Of a stretch of DNA of 64,000 bases, positions 48,128-58,029 are shown piece by piece. Made by a program: the position numbers and the translations under genes. Under the pieces are notes generated by a model. That model was given only the letters and a program-made list of their open reading frames with translations. It was not told where the DNA came from and ran no database searches. Numbering within the stretch: the stretch's first letter is position 1; each line of letters starts with the position of its first letter. This DNA is from an uncultured Actinomycetota bacterium (lineage in GTDB: Bacteria > Actinomycetota > Coriobacteriia > Anaerosomatales > JAGXFU01), in assembly GCA_963790405.1 (NCBI GenBank), contig CAWBOJ010000006.1, positions 466,579 to 530,578 on the forward strand, in the 5' to 3' direction.

Positions 48128-48641
48128 CGTGAGCTCCCATCGCATGACCGAGACGGCACTGCTACTCGCGTGTGCGTGCGTCCTTTCGTACGCAGAGTCG
48201 GTTCTCCTTCCGGCTTCACCGATTCCAGGCTTGCGCATCGGCCTGGCCAATATCGCGGTAGTTGTGGCGCTGGATAGGATCGGCGCTTCAGCGGCGGCGA
48301 TGGTCGCGATCGGACGCGTGTTCGTCGTGTGTGCCGCGATGGGCACGCTCATGGGGCCAGTGGGAGCGATGGCACTTGCCGGCGCGTTGTGCTCATGGGC
48401 GGCAATGGCCGGGCTCAGAGCGTGCGGCTCCCGCTTCAGCGTCGTTGGTTGGTCGGTGGCTGGGGCGTCAGTGCATGTCATCGCGCAGCTGGTGACTGCC
48501 TCCGTGATAGTTGGCTCGGGTGCCGTTATCGCTCTATCACCCGTTTCCCTCGCTCTGAGCCTACCCACCGGGCTCATGGTTGGCTTCGCAGCCCGACTGC
48601 TCATCTCCCGTATCTCCCGACCAGTTCTGTCGGTCGCCTGA
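48111..48641 (+). CDS. Gx transporter family protein (heptaprenyl diphosphate synthase component I-like membrane protein)
   Basis: ATG 48111 within ORF 47979-48641 overlaps the previous gene. The protein is polytopic (ESVLLPASPIPGLRIGLANIAVVVAL...). This family often pairs with NusG_II proteins. Confidence 0.6.
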   Translation: MRSRDDVSSHRMTETALLLACACVLSYAESVLLPASPIPGLRIGLANIAVVVALDRIGASAAAMVAIGRVFVVCAAMGTLMGPVGAMALAGALCSWAAMAGLRACGSRFSVVGWSVAGASVHVIAQLVTASVIVGSGAVIALSPVSLALSLPTGLMVGFAARLLISRISRPVLSVA

Positions 48642-48660
48642 GTGCGAGGAGGTGGCGCCC

Positions 48661-49320
48661 ATGGCGCCGCGAGTGTCGGAGTGTTCGCGGGGGTCTCGCG
48701 AGTTGCTTCTGTCTGGATGTGCGGAATCGATTCCCGATGACGTACTGCTGTCGATGGTCTTCGACGACGACGGTTCGGCAGCTCGAGCATTGCTCGAACG
48801 GTATCGCACGCCTGCCGGTCTGTGGCGTGTCGGTGCCGAGGAGCTGGTTGAGCTTCCAGGTGTAGGTCCTGTTCGTGCGGCGCGCATCTTGGCGTGTCTT
48901 GAGATGTCGCGAAGAGCAGGCGTGTGGGCTAGCGGTCCGCGCCCGGCCATCTCCACTCCAGAAGATGTGGTTGCGCTGTGCTGGCCACAGATGCGTGGAT
49001 CGGACCGGGAGCACTTCTGGGCCCTGCCTCTCAACACGAAGAACCGTCTGCTCAAGACGGTCGAGGTTTCGGTGGGTTCGCTCAACGCTTCGATCGTTCA
49101 TCCGCGGGAGCTGTTCAAGCAAGCGGTCGCCCTGTCGGCCGCCTCGGTCGTGATAGTGCACAACCATCCCAGCGGGGATCCAGCGCCCTCAGGAGCTGAC
49201 ATCCAGCTGACGAGACGGCTCATGAAGGCCGGGGACGTTCTCGGCATCGAAGTGCTCGATCATGTCATCATCGGCGACGGAGGAGAGCACTCTAGTCTTC
49301 GTGACCTTGGGTTGATGTGA
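48661..49320 (+). CDS. radC: RadC-family JAB/MPN domain protein
   Basis: HhH region ELVELPGVGPVRAARILA and JAMM motif VIVHNHPSGDPAPS. It sits in the canonical position upstream of mreBCD. Confidence 0.85.
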   Translation: MAPRVSECSRGSRELLLSGCAESIPDDVLLSMVFDDDGSAARALLERYRTPAGLWRVGAEELVELPGVGPVRAARILACLEMSRRAGVWASGPRPAISTPEDVVALCWPQMRGSDREHFWALPLNTKNRLLKTVEVSVGSLNASIVHPRELFKQAVALSAASVVIVHNHPSGDPAPSGADIQLTRRLMKAGDVLGIEVLDHVIIGDGGEHSSLRDLGLM

Positions 49321-49577
49321 GTTGTGAGGCGCCACGGCTGACGCTTGCCGTCGGGGTGGTGGTCGCGGACGCGGGGTGCGGTCGCAGATACCGCTCCTAC
49401 CTGCGGGATGTTGCTGTTTCGTAAGCCGTTCGCGCAATTTGCTGTGCTACACTTGTTCGGGTTGACGTGCTGCGGCCTACGGTCAATTGCGACCGCATGG
49501 CCGTTTCGTCGTGCATTGGGCGATCGTTGGGTCGTCAAAGCGCGCCTAGAGGGGCGCAGCGAAAGGAGACAGCGACC

Positions 49578-50618
49578 GTGTCGCTTATCGATATGTTCTT
49601 TAATTCGTGGGGCGGCGATATGGCCGTTGACCTCGGCACCGCGAACACGTTGGTATCCGTTCGTGGCCGAGGGATTGTGCTGATCGAGCCCTCCGTCGTG
49701 GCCGTCGAGAAGGACACGAAACGCGTGCTCGCGGTTGGGATAGAGGCGAAACGGATGCTCGGGCGTACCCCCGGCAGTATCGTCGCCATCCGTCCTCTGA
49801 AAGACGGCGTTATCGCTGACTTCGAGGTTACCGAGGCCATGCTGCGCTATTTCATCAACAAAACGCGCGTCAAGCGCTTTCCGTGGCAACCCAAGCCTCG
49901 TGTCGTCGTATGCGTGCCCTCCGGCGTGACCGAAGTGGAGAAGCGCGCCGTGTTCGAGGCTACGATGCAGGCCGGTGCACGACAGGCCTACTTGATCGAG
50001 GAGCCGATGGCTGCGGCCATCGGAGCCGGACTGCCGATACAAGAGCCGACGGGCAACATGGTCGTCGACATCGGCGGAGGCACCACAGAAGTCGCCGTGA
50101 TCTCTCTGGGTGGCATCGTTGTCGCCCAGTCCATTCGCATTGCCGGCGACGAGTTTGACGAGGCGATCATCGGCCACGTCAAGCGCGTGTACAACGTTTT
50201 GATCGGTGAGCGCACGGCCGAGGAAATCAAGTTCGAGATCGGCAGCGCGTGGCCCTTGCTCGAAGAGGTTGACGTCGAAGTCCGTGGGCGCGACCTGCTC
50301 ACGGGGTTGCCGAGGACCGTCGCGATGGAGTCCGAGGAGATTCGCGAGGCCATCGAAGAGACGCTGCAGGCCATCATCGCTGCGGTGAAGGCCACGCTCG
50401 AGCAGACGCCGCCGGAGCTCGCGAGCGACCTGATGGAATATGGCATCGTGCTGACAGGTGGCGGTGCGCTTCTTCGGGGACTCGACGATCGTCTCAAGCA
50501 CGAGACCGGCATGCCGGTTCACGTGTCCGAGAATGCCCTCACCAACGTCGTGGACGGATCGGCCATGGCGCTCGAGGAGATCGATGCCCTCAAGAAGGTC
50601 CTGACGGGCGCCAGGTAG
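49578..50618 (+). CDS. mreB: Rod shape-determining protein MreB
   Basis: GTG 49578 follows AAAGGAGA. Actin-like ATPase motifs: [45 protein letters not shown]. Confidence 0.9.
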   Translation: MSLIDMFFNSWGGDMAVDLGTANTLVSVRGRGIVLIEPSVVAVEKDTKRVLAVGIEAKRMLGRTPGSIVAIRPLKDGVIADFEVTEAMLRYFINKTRVKRFPWQPKPRVVVCVPSGVTEVEKRAVFEATMQAGARQAYLIEEPMAAAIGAGLPIQEPTGNMVVDIGGGTTEVAVISLGGIVVAQSIRIAGDEFDEAIIGHVKRVYNVLIGERTAEEIKFEIGSAWPLLEEVDVEVRGRDLLTGLPRTVAMESEEIREAIEETLQAIIAAVKATLEQTPPELASDLMEYGIVLTGGGALLRGLDDRLKHETGMPVHVSENALTNVVDGSAMALEEIDALKKVLTGAR

Positions 50619-50629
50619 GGGGGCCGCAC

Positions 50630-51493
50630 GTGGCCATGCGACTCCCTGACACGGAGAGATCCGGCAGTGGGACTGCGGTGTTGATCGCACTCATTGTCGT
50701 GTCTCTCATCATCATTACCGTGTACTTTCGCGAAAGCGACAGCGGCCCATTGCATCGGCTTCGGCGAGGTGTGCAAGCGGTGACGACTCCTGTGGCGACT
50801 GCCGGAGACTGGGTCTTCACTCCGGTTGATGCTACGCGCGACTGGCTCGGGGGATTCGGTGTGTCGCGCGATGAACTCGAGACGTTGCGGACTCAGAATG
50901 CAGAACTGCGCCAGCGAGTTGCCGAGCTGGAAGAAGCGCGCCTGGAAAACGAGAGGCTCAGTGAGATTCTGGGTTTCATCGAGGCTCGCGAACTCGACGC
51001 TGTCGGAGCGCGCGTCATCGAACGCCCGGTCAACGCGTGGGAAGGCACGATCGTCATCGACCGTGGTTCGGACGACGGCATCGGACCCGGCATGCCGGTT
51101 CTCGCACCCGAAGGGCTGCTCGGACAGACGATCGATGTCACCGCCCGTAGCGCGAAAGTCCGACTCATCACCGACCAGCGCAGCGGCGTGAGCGCGATGA
51201 TCCAGTCGACCAGGGCAGGGGGCATCGTGCGCGGATCGATCGAAGGCTATTTGACCCTAGACTATGTGAGCCGTACGAGCACGGTCACCGCGGGTGACGT
51301 CGTGATTACGTCCGGCATAGGTGGCATCTACCCGAAAGGCCTGCTCATCGGAGAGGTCACCGACGTGCTTGTTGCCGACAACGACCTGTTCCCGCAAATC
51401 GCCGTACGGGCGTCGGCTAGGCTCGCCGGGATTGAAGAGGTCATCGTTCTGGTCGGTGCCGCTCCTGAAACGGATGTCGGTGGTGGCGAGTGA
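50630..51493 (+). CDS. mreC: Rod shape-determining protein MreC
   Basis: 287-aa ORF with a TM helix, a coiled coil (LRTQNAELRQRVAELEEARLENERL) and C-terminal beta domains (VITSGIGGIYPKGLLIGEV). Confidence 0.85.
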   Translation: MAMRLPDTERSGSGTAVLIALIVVSLIIITVYFRESDSGPLHRLRRGVQAVTTPVATAGDWVFTPVDATRDWLGGFGVSRDELETLRTQNAELRQRVAELEEARLENERLSEILGFIEARELDAVGARVIERPVNAWEGTIVIDRGSDDGIGPGMPVLAPEGLLGQTIDVTARSAKVRLITDQRSGVSAMIQSTRAGGIVRGSIEGYLTLDYVSRTSTVTAGDVVITSGIGGIYPKGLLIGEVTDVLVADNDLFPQIAVRASARLAGIEEVIVLVGAAPETDVGGGE

Positions 51494-52002
51494 ACAAATC
51501 GCTTCCCACTGCAGCCGCCCTTGTGATCGCCCTTCTGTTGCAGGTCGCAGTCGCTCCGCATCTCTCGATCGGCGGTGTCGTGCCGAACGTGCTGCTGCTG
51601 GTCGTGATCACGCTTGCGCTTATCGAAGGGCGGAACGCCGGCGCTGTGGCCGGTTTTGCAGCCGGCTTGCTGTTCGACCTGCTTGGCGGTTCTGCGATCG
51701 GTGCTGCTGCTCTTGTCTTCACCATCACCGGCTACCTCGCAGGATCGTTGCAGGAGCACATGTTCGCCGAGGGCTGGCTAATGCCGCTGACGGTGGTGTT
51801 CGTTGCCGGCCTGTCGACGGAGATAGCGTATGCGATAGTGCTGTCTTTGGTCGGCGCGGGTAGCCCGTTTTGGACGTCGTTCGTGTGGGTGATCCTGCCG
51901 GCAGCAGTGTATAATGGCGCGCTGGCGCTGCTGCTGTATCCGTGGGTGGCGCGCTTCTTGCGTCGGGACCACCCGATGACCACATTTCACCGCATCGGCT
52001 AG
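51490..52002 (+). CDS. mreD: Rod shape-determining protein MreD
   Basis: 170-aa polytopic ORF overlapping the mreC stop by 4 nt, in the canonical position. Confidence 0.75.
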   Translation: MNKSLPTAAALVIALLLQVAVAPHLSIGGVVPNVLLLVVITLALIEGRNAGAVAGFAAGLLFDLLGGSAIGAAALVFTITGYLAGSLQEHMFAEGWLMPLTVVFVAGLSTEIAYAIVLSLVGAGSPFWTSFVWVILPAAVYNGALALLLYPWVARFLRRDHPMTTFHRIG

Positions 52003-52067
52003 ATACGCATCTCGCGTTCGTTTGTGAGACGCTCGTCGCAGACCGCTCAGGAGAGTTCCGACACGAC

Positions 52068-53924
52068 ATGCCGACCTACCGAGAACAATTGAAGGGTCGT
52101 TTCGCAGCACTCGGACTGATTGTGGTGCTTGTGGTCGGCGTGCTGCTTCTGCGGCTGTGGAGCATGCAGGTCCTTTCAGGTGACGACTACGTTGCCATGG
52201 CGGAGAACAACCGCGTACGAGAGATCAGCACTGACGCTCCGCGCGGGCGGATTCTCGACCGAAACGGCGTTGAACTCGTGTCGAACCGCGCGACATTGGC
52301 GGTGTCTGTCCAGTCGGCAGCCGCAGATGACGAGGACTTGCTGTACCGCCTCTCGACGGTTCTTGACATGCCTGTTGAGGAGATTCGAGAGCGCGTCTCA
52401 TCGAAACGTGAGGAAGCCCTTCGAGCGCGGGTCGTGGCAATCGACGCCTCCGAGCAGGTCGTGGCGTATTTGGCGGAGCATGAATCGGAGTTCCCCGGGG
52501 TCGAGATTCAAGTGATACCGGTACGGGACTACCCGTCAGGAACGATTGCAGCCCATGTCCTCGGCTACACGGGCGAGGTGTCCGAGGAGCAGCTCAAGCA
52601 AGACGAGTTCGAAGGCTACGCGCTCGGCGACATCGTTGGAAAGACCGGCGCCGAGGTCCAGTTCGAGTCCGTGTTGCAGGGCGACAAGGGGTATCGGCGC
52701 ATCGAGGTCGACGCGACGGGTGCCCCCAAAGGCATCATCGAAGAGGTCGACCCGATTCCAGGCAGCGACATCATTCTGACCATCGATGCCGAGGTGCAGA
52801 AGGTGGCCGAGGAAGCGCTCGTGCAGGCGCTGGCTGATGCGCACGCCGACGACTTCGTGGATGCTCGAGCTGCCGCAGCCGTGGCGGTTGATGTGAAGAC
52901 CGGCGAAGTGCTGGCGATGGCCAGCTACCCGACATACGACCCGAATCTGTTTCTCGGCGGGATATCCAACGCGGACTGGGAATCTCTGACCGCGAAAGGC
53001 AGCGAATACCCGCTCAACAACCGTGCACTCATGGCGCTGTATCCTCCGGCCTCGACGTTCAAGGCGTTCACCGGACTCGCAGGTCTCCACTACGGGGTGA
53101 CCACGGAATGGAAGCAGTACTACTGCCCGGGCAAGTGGACCGAGATGGGCGAGAAGTGGCCCAAGTGGTGTTGGCTGCACTCGGGTCACAAGACGATGAC
53201 CTTCCATAGTGGTGTGGTGGAGAGTTGCGACACCGTCTTTTATGAGATCGGCTACGAGTTCTACAAGCAAGGTGACGAGAAGTTGCAGAAGTACGCGCGG
53301 CAGTGGGGATACGGGACGAAGACCGGTATTGACCTGCCGGGCGAAGTTGAGGGTCGGGTGCCGGACGCAGCTTGGAAGACGGAGTTCAACCAGAACTACC
53401 CCGAGTACCAGATGTGGCTACCCGGCGATACAGTGAACATCGCGATCGGTCAAGGCGACCTGCTGGCGACTCCGCTTCAGGTTGCCTCGGCGTACGCCGG
53501 TATCGCCAATGGTGGTCTCGTGATGCGACCGCACGTGCTCAAGCAGGTGCTCGACTCCAAAGGCGAGGTCGTTGCTTCCACTGAGGCCGAAGCGGCCTTC
53601 AATCCCGAAGTCACGGCTGCCGAGCTTGACGTGATGCGACGTTGCCTGGTCGACGTGATCGAAGAAGGCACCGGCGAATCTGCGTTCCGTGGATTCGACG
53701 CGAGTGTCGCGGGTAAGACCGGTACCGCACAGGTGGCAGGCAAGGACGACTACGCATGGTTCACCGCGTTCGCGCCGGCCGGCGATCCGCGCTACGCGGT
53801 GGCAGTGGTGATCGAGCAGGGTGGCCATGGCGGCTCTGTGGCGGGTCCTGCAGGTCGCGAGATCCTCGCGGCACTTTTGGGGCTTCCGGTTGAGCACGTG
53901 CAAGCCACGGATGTCTCGAGGTAA
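52068..53924 (+). CDS. mrdA: Penicillin-binding protein 2 (elongasome transpeptidase)
   Basis: ATG 52068 within ORF 51942-53924. It has a TM anchor and the transpeptidase motifs ASTFK (SxxK) and KTGTAQV (KTG). Confidence 0.9.
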   Translation: MPTYREQLKGRFAALGLIVVLVVGVLLLRLWSMQVLSGDDYVAMAENNRVREISTDAPRGRILDRNGVELVSNRATLAVSVQSAAADDEDLLYRLSTVLDMPVEEIRERVSSKREEALRARVVAIDASEQVVAYLAEHESEFPGVEIQVIPVRDYPSGTIAAHVLGYTGEVSEEQLKQDEFEGYALGDIVGKTGAEVQFESVLQGDKGYRRIEVDATGAPKGIIEEVDPIPGSDIILTIDAEVQKVAEEALVQALADAHADDFVDARAAAAVAVDVKTGEVLAMASYPTYDPNLFLGGISNADWESLTAKGSEYPLNNRALMALYPPASTFKAFTGLAGLHYGVTTEWKQYYCPGKWTEMGEKWPKWCWLHSGHKTMTFHSGVVESCDTVFYEIGYEFYKQGDEKLQKYARQWGYGTKTGIDLPGEVEGRVPDAAWKTEFNQNYPEYQMWLPGDTVNIAIGQGDLLATPLQVASAYAGIANGGLVMRPHVLKQVLDSKGEVVASTEAEAAFNPEVTAAELDVMRRCLVDVIEEGTGESAFRGFDASVAGKTGTAQVAGKDDYAWFTAFAPAGDPRYAVAVVIEQGGHGGSVAGPAGREILAALLGLPVEHVQATDVSR

Positions 53925-55071
53925 CGGGGTGGCTCGCATTCAGACTGCCGGAAGAACGGTGCGCTCCGAGACGGGGCTGATCCGCCGTTGGGTCAACGTG
54001 CCTCTCCTGGCATTCGTTGCCCTGCTCGTGGCGTACGGCAGTGTGATGGTGCAGTCTGCGACATCCGGGATGTCGGCGGGCGACGCGATGTTTCGTCGGC
54101 ACTTGATCGGTGTTGCGATCGGGTTGGTGCCGATGGCGATCGCCTGGCTTTTTGACTATCAGTCTTTCAAAGGCTGGCTTGGGCCGCTCGTGGTTCTGGA
54201 CGCGGTGCTGATCTTGAGCCCGCGCATTCCCGGACTCGGCTACGAGGCTGGGGGAGCGACGTCGTGGCTCGCTATCGGCGGGGTGCGCCTGTTCCAGCCC
54301 TCTGAACCTGCGAAGCTCGTTACGATCGTCATCATGGCAATCGTAATCTCCCAGTACAAAGGGCGAATCGAGACGGGCAAGGACGTCGCTCGCATTGCGG
54401 GTTTTCTGGCCATTCCGCTCGGGTTGATCCTGCTACAGCCCGACCTGGGCACGGGCCTCGTCTTCATAGCGATCACCATGGGAATGCTGTTGGTCGGTGG
54501 CATGAAAGCGAAGTGGTTCCTCGTCTTTGCCGTAGTGGGCGTGCTCGCCATTGGTGTCGTGTTGAAGTTCGATTTGCTGGCCGAGTACCAGACGAACCGG
54601 CTGCTGGTCTTCGTCGATCCGACACTCGATCCATCGGGCGCCGGCTACAACCTCGCGCAGTCGAAAATCGCGATAGGGTCCGGGGAGCTTACCGGCAAGG
54701 GCCTGGGGTCGGGGACGCAGTCGAACCTGAACTTCTTGCCGGAGCGCCATACCGACTTCATATTCGCGGTCCTTGGCGAAGAGCTCGGTTTTGCCGGGGC
54801 GGTTCTACTTCTGGGTCTGTACTTGGCTCTGCTGGTTGCGGCGCTGGAAATATCCGCTTCCTCGCGAAATCTGTTCGGATCATTGATTGCCGCGGGCCTA
54901 ATCAGCATGTGGACGTTCCAGGTATTGATCAACATCGGAATGACGATCGGGCTGATGCCGATCACCGGCATTCCGCTCCCATTCATGAGCTTCGGTAGCT
55001 CGTTCATGGTCACCAACCTTACGGGAACGGGTATGCTGTTGAGCGTGTGGGCACGCCGCTACGGCGTGTGA
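53911..55071 (+). CDS. rodA: SEDS-family peptidoglycan polymerase RodA
   Basis: ATG 53911 overlaps the mrdA end. It is a polytopic FtsW/RodA/SpoVE-type protein (PSEPAKL, GSGTQSNLNFLPERHTDFIFAVLGEELGF, GIPLPFMSFGSS). Confidence 0.9.
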   Translation: MSRGNGVARIQTAGRTVRSETGLIRRWVNVPLLAFVALLVAYGSVMVQSATSGMSAGDAMFRRHLIGVAIGLVPMAIAWLFDYQSFKGWLGPLVVLDAVLILSPRIPGLGYEAGGATSWLAIGGVRLFQPSEPAKLVTIVIMAIVISQYKGRIETGKDVARIAGFLAIPLGLILLQPDLGTGLVFIAITMGMLLVGGMKAKWFLVFAVVGVLAIGVVLKFDLLAEYQTNRLLVFVDPTLDPSGAGYNLAQSKIAIGSGELTGKGLGSGTQSNLNFLPERHTDFIFAVLGEELGFAGAVLLLGLYLALLVAALEISASSRNLFGSLIAAGLISMWTFQVLINIGMTIGLMPITGIPLPFMSFGSSFMVTNLTGTGMLLSVWARRYGV

Positions 55072-55133
55072 TCGAAGCGCGGTCGGTAATGGCTGCGTGT
55101 CAATTCATCGAACCTGCCGAGGAGGGCACTCGG

Positions 55134-56165
55134 ATGCGTTTACCCGTAGATGTGCGCGACATAATCCGTTCTGGCTCGGAGATGCGCGATGAGCGCGAGA
55201 AGCCCATTCGCATCGCCGTGTTCGTCGAGGTCGACTCGCCTGACGAGTTGCTCGACGTGGTCCAGTCACGCTTCCGCCCGTACACGGCGAACGCATACCT
55301 GCACGTCGAAGTCGCCGAGCCGGGGACGCGACTTGTGGTGGATCCCTCGGCCGATGCGGTCGTGTGCCTGATCGGCAGCGGTGGTGCTTCCATCGTCGAA
55401 TCGCTTGCCGATGCACGTGAGCGTGCGGTTCCTGCCGCTGCAGTGGCGCTTGCCGAGGATTCGATGGAGATCGCCGACCGCATCGGGCATCCCTATCGCG
55501 ATACGTTCGCCGATCCTGATGCGGTGCGCGTGGTCGATGTGGATCTCGGCGAGTGGCTTGTCGAGCGGATAGGCTCCAAGCGACTGGCGATGGCCCACAA
55601 TTTCGAGTTCATGCGTCGAGCAGTGGCAGTGGAGTACATCAAGAACACGGCGTTCCAGAATGCCGTCATCGGTGCAGTGGCGTTCATCCCCGGAGCCGAC
55701 ATGCCGCTGATGACGGCGAACCAGTCCAAGATGCTGCTCCAGGTCGCTGCTGCCTACGGTGAGCAGCTCGGAGTTGAGCGCTGGAAGGAACTTGCGGGTG
55801 TTGTCGGCGGTGCGTTCGTGCTACGCACGATTGCTCGCCAAGGTGTTGCGTTCGTCCCCGGGTTTGGTTGGGCGATCAAGGCCGGCATCGGCTACAGCGG
55901 AACTGTCGCGATGGGATATGCGACCATCAAGTACTTCGAAAGCGACGCCGACCTGGGTGATCTTCAGCAGCGACTCGAGCAGTACGGCGAGCAGGTCATG
56001 GGCAAGATTCGCTCCATGTCCAAACGCGAGCTGCGTCGGGCGCGCTCTGAGGCTGCCGAGACGTCCGCGCTTCCGACCCGCACAGAATCGGCGGTTGCAT
56101 CCACGGCCTCTGAGCCGAGTGGCTCGACCGACTTGTCTGAGGAGCACGTCGCAGGTGACGCATAG
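55134..56165 (+). CDS. Conserved hypothetical protein (DUF697-like hydrophobic C-terminal half)
   Basis: GAGGAGG precedes ATG 55134. The C-terminal half (AFQNAVIGAVAFIPGADMPLMTANQSKMLLQVAAAYG...GFGWAIKAGIGYSGTVAMGYA) resembles DUF697/YcjF-type domains (from memory). The N-terminal half is unassigned. Confidence 0.5.
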   Translation: MRLPVDVRDIIRSGSEMRDEREKPIRIAVFVEVDSPDELLDVVQSRFRPYTANAYLHVEVAEPGTRLVVDPSADAVVCLIGSGGASIVESLADARERAVPAAAVALAEDSMEIADRIGHPYRDTFADPDAVRVVDVDLGEWLVERIGSKRLAMAHNFEFMRRAVAVEYIKNTAFQNAVIGAVAFIPGADMPLMTANQSKMLLQVAAAYGEQLGVERWKELAGVVGGAFVLRTIARQGVAFVPGFGWAIKAGIGYSGTVAMGYATIKYFESDADLGDLQQRLEQYGEQVMGKIRSMSKRELRRARSEAAETSALPTRTESAVASTASEPSGSTDLSEEHVAGDA

Positions 56166-56166
56166 T

Positions 56167-58029
56167 GTGTGGGAGCTTGTCCAACCGCTGCTTCCGCGCG
56201 TAGAACGTCCCGCGCGCTACATCGACTCCGAGTGGGGAGCGCGACCCGACGAGGACGCAGGGTATCGAGTCGCGCTGCTCTATCCCGATGCGTATGAAAT
56301 CGGGATGGCGAATCAGGGGCTGGGCATCTTGTACCAGCATCTCAACGAGCTTCCTGACGTGGCTGCCGAGCGGGTCTATGTTCCCTGGATCGACATGGCC
56401 GATCTGATGCGAGCCAACGAGGTCCCTCTGTTCACGCTTGAGACCTGCCGACCGGTGAACGAGTGCGATTTGCTCGGCATCACGTTGCCGTACGAGCTTA
56501 CCTACACGAACATCCTTGAGGCGCTCGATCTGGCTCGCATACCGCTACGCACGGTCGAGCGCACTGACGAACACCCGCTCGTGATCGGGGGAGGCCCGTG
56601 TGCCTACAACCCCGAGCCAGTTGCGCCGTTCTTCGACGCCATCCTCATCGGCGAAGGTGAGGACGCGATCGTCGAGATAGTCCAGGCGCATCGCGAGGCG
56701 AAAGCCAGCGGTGCGTCCCGTTCTGAGATCTTGGAGGCCCTTGCGCGGGTACCGGGCGTATATGTGCCATCGCTGTACGAAGCTGCGAGCGATGAACATG
56801 GTCGGTTCGACGGCATGCGCCCGAGCGGGTCAGCACCAGACGTCGTGATCAAACGCGTTGTCAGCGATCTAGGCTCGTATCGTGTGCCCGTATGTCCGGT
56901 CGTGCCGTTCATGGATGTGGTGCACGACCGCGTGATGGTTGAGATCTTGCGTGGATGCACACGAGGATGCCGGTTCTGCCAGGCGGGAATGGTCTACCGC
57001 CCGGTGCGCGAGCGTTCGGCCGACTCGATCGTGCGCGATGCCGTAGCGGGACTGAAATGTACCGGCTACGACGAGGTGTCCCTGACATCGCTTTCCACGA
57101 CGGACCACTCACAAATCGAATCGGTGCTGCGGCGGCTCAAGCAGCGTCTCGAAGGCACCGGAATCTCAGTCTCACTACCGAGTCTTCGTGTAGACGCATT
57201 CAGCGTGGATATGGCTCGAATCGTGGGTGCTGGACGCAAGTCCGGTCTGACATTTGCGCCGGAAGCAGGCACTCAGCGATTGCGTGACGTCATCAACAAG
57301 AACGTGACCGAGGAGGACTTGCTGAGGACTATCGAATCCGCATTCCGGTCGGGGTGGAGGCGTGTGAAGCTCTACTTCATGATCGGCCTGCCCACCGAGA
57401 CGGATGAGGACATCAAAGGTATCAGCGAACTTGTCGCTCGGGTGTTGTCGACTGCGCGAGAGGCTACACCTGCGCCGCAACGCGGCTCGATCCGCATCGG
57501 TGTTTCAGTGGCGACGTTCGTTCCGAAGGCACACACGCCGTTCCAGTTCGATGGCCAGGTGACGCCCGAGGAAGTGGTGCGGCGTCAGCAGCTACTGCGG
57601 GGTGCTATGCCGCGCAAGGGTGTCGAGCTTTCGTGGCACGACGCGAACGTATCGTTTCTGGAAGCCGTTATCGCACGTGGTGGCCGAGAGATCGCCGATG
57701 CCATCGAAATCGTGTGGCGCTCGGGTGCTCGATTCGATGCCTGGACTGAACAGTTTGACCTCGCCGCGTGGCGAGATGGTCTCGTACAAGCGAACGTGGA
57801 TGCGACCGCCGCTGCCGCGCGTGTGTTTGAACGTCACGAGGTGACTCCGTGGAGCCATATCTCTCCAGGCGTGACCTCGGCATATCTGTGGAAGGAGCGC
57901 GAACGAGCGCTGCGAGGAGAGACCACGCCTGATTGTTCTTTCGACGAGTGCACGGGTTGCGGTGTGTGTGGCGACGCGGGACTGGGCGTCGATATCGTGC
58001 TGGGTGGTGAGCGTCGTGGCGCCCGGTGA
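56167..58029 (+). CDS. B12-binding-domain radical SAM protein (TIGR03960-like)
   Basis: GTG 56167 lies just after the upstream TAG. The N-terminus is VWELVQPLLPRVERPARYIDSEWG. The radical SAM motif is CTRGCRFCQAG. It is followed by its usual DUF2344 partner. Confidence 0.8.
   Translation: MWELVQPLLPRVERPARYIDSEWGARPDEDAGYRVALLYPDAYEIGMANQGLGILYQHLNELPDVAAERVYVPWIDMADLMRANEVPLFTLETCRPVNECDLLGITLPYELTYTNILEALDLARIPLRTVERTDEHPLVIGGGPCAYNPEPVAPFFDAILIGEGEDAIVEIVQAHREAKASGASRSEILEALARVPGVYVPSLYEAASDEHGRFDGMRPSGSAPDVVIKRVVSDLGSYRVPVCPVVPFMDVVHDRVMVEILRGCTRGCRFCQAGMVYRPVRERSADSIVRDAVAGLKCTGYDEVSLTSLSTTDHSQIESVLRRLKQRLEGTGISVSLPSLRVDAFSVDMARIVGAGRKSGLTFAPEAGTQRLRDVINKNVTEEDLLRTIESAFRSGWRRVKLYFMIGLPTETDEDIKGISELVARVLSTAREATPAPQRGSIRIGVSVATFVPKAHTPFQFDGQVTPEEVVRRQQLLRGAMPRKGVELSWHDANVSFLEAVIARGGREIADAIEIVWRSGARFDAWTEQFDLAAWRDGLVQANVDATAAAARVFERHEVTPWSHISPGVTSAYLWKERERALRGETTPDCSFDECTGCGVCGDAGLGVDIVLGGERRGAR

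Noticed and set aside
47630-48790. 386-aa ORF on the minus strand
   Set aside because: It is antisense to the NusG_II, Gx transporter and radC genes. Its low-complexity T/A/P/R-rich translation shows no domain signature.
48661-49320. RadC/JAB protein as part of a defence or toxin-antitoxin module
   Set aside because: It sits in the canonical radC-mreB-mreC-mreD arrangement with no partner gene typical of defence systems.
49260-50690. 476-aa ORF on the minus strand
   Set aside because: It is antisense to mreB, which is clearly the real gene (actin-fold motifs on the plus strand).
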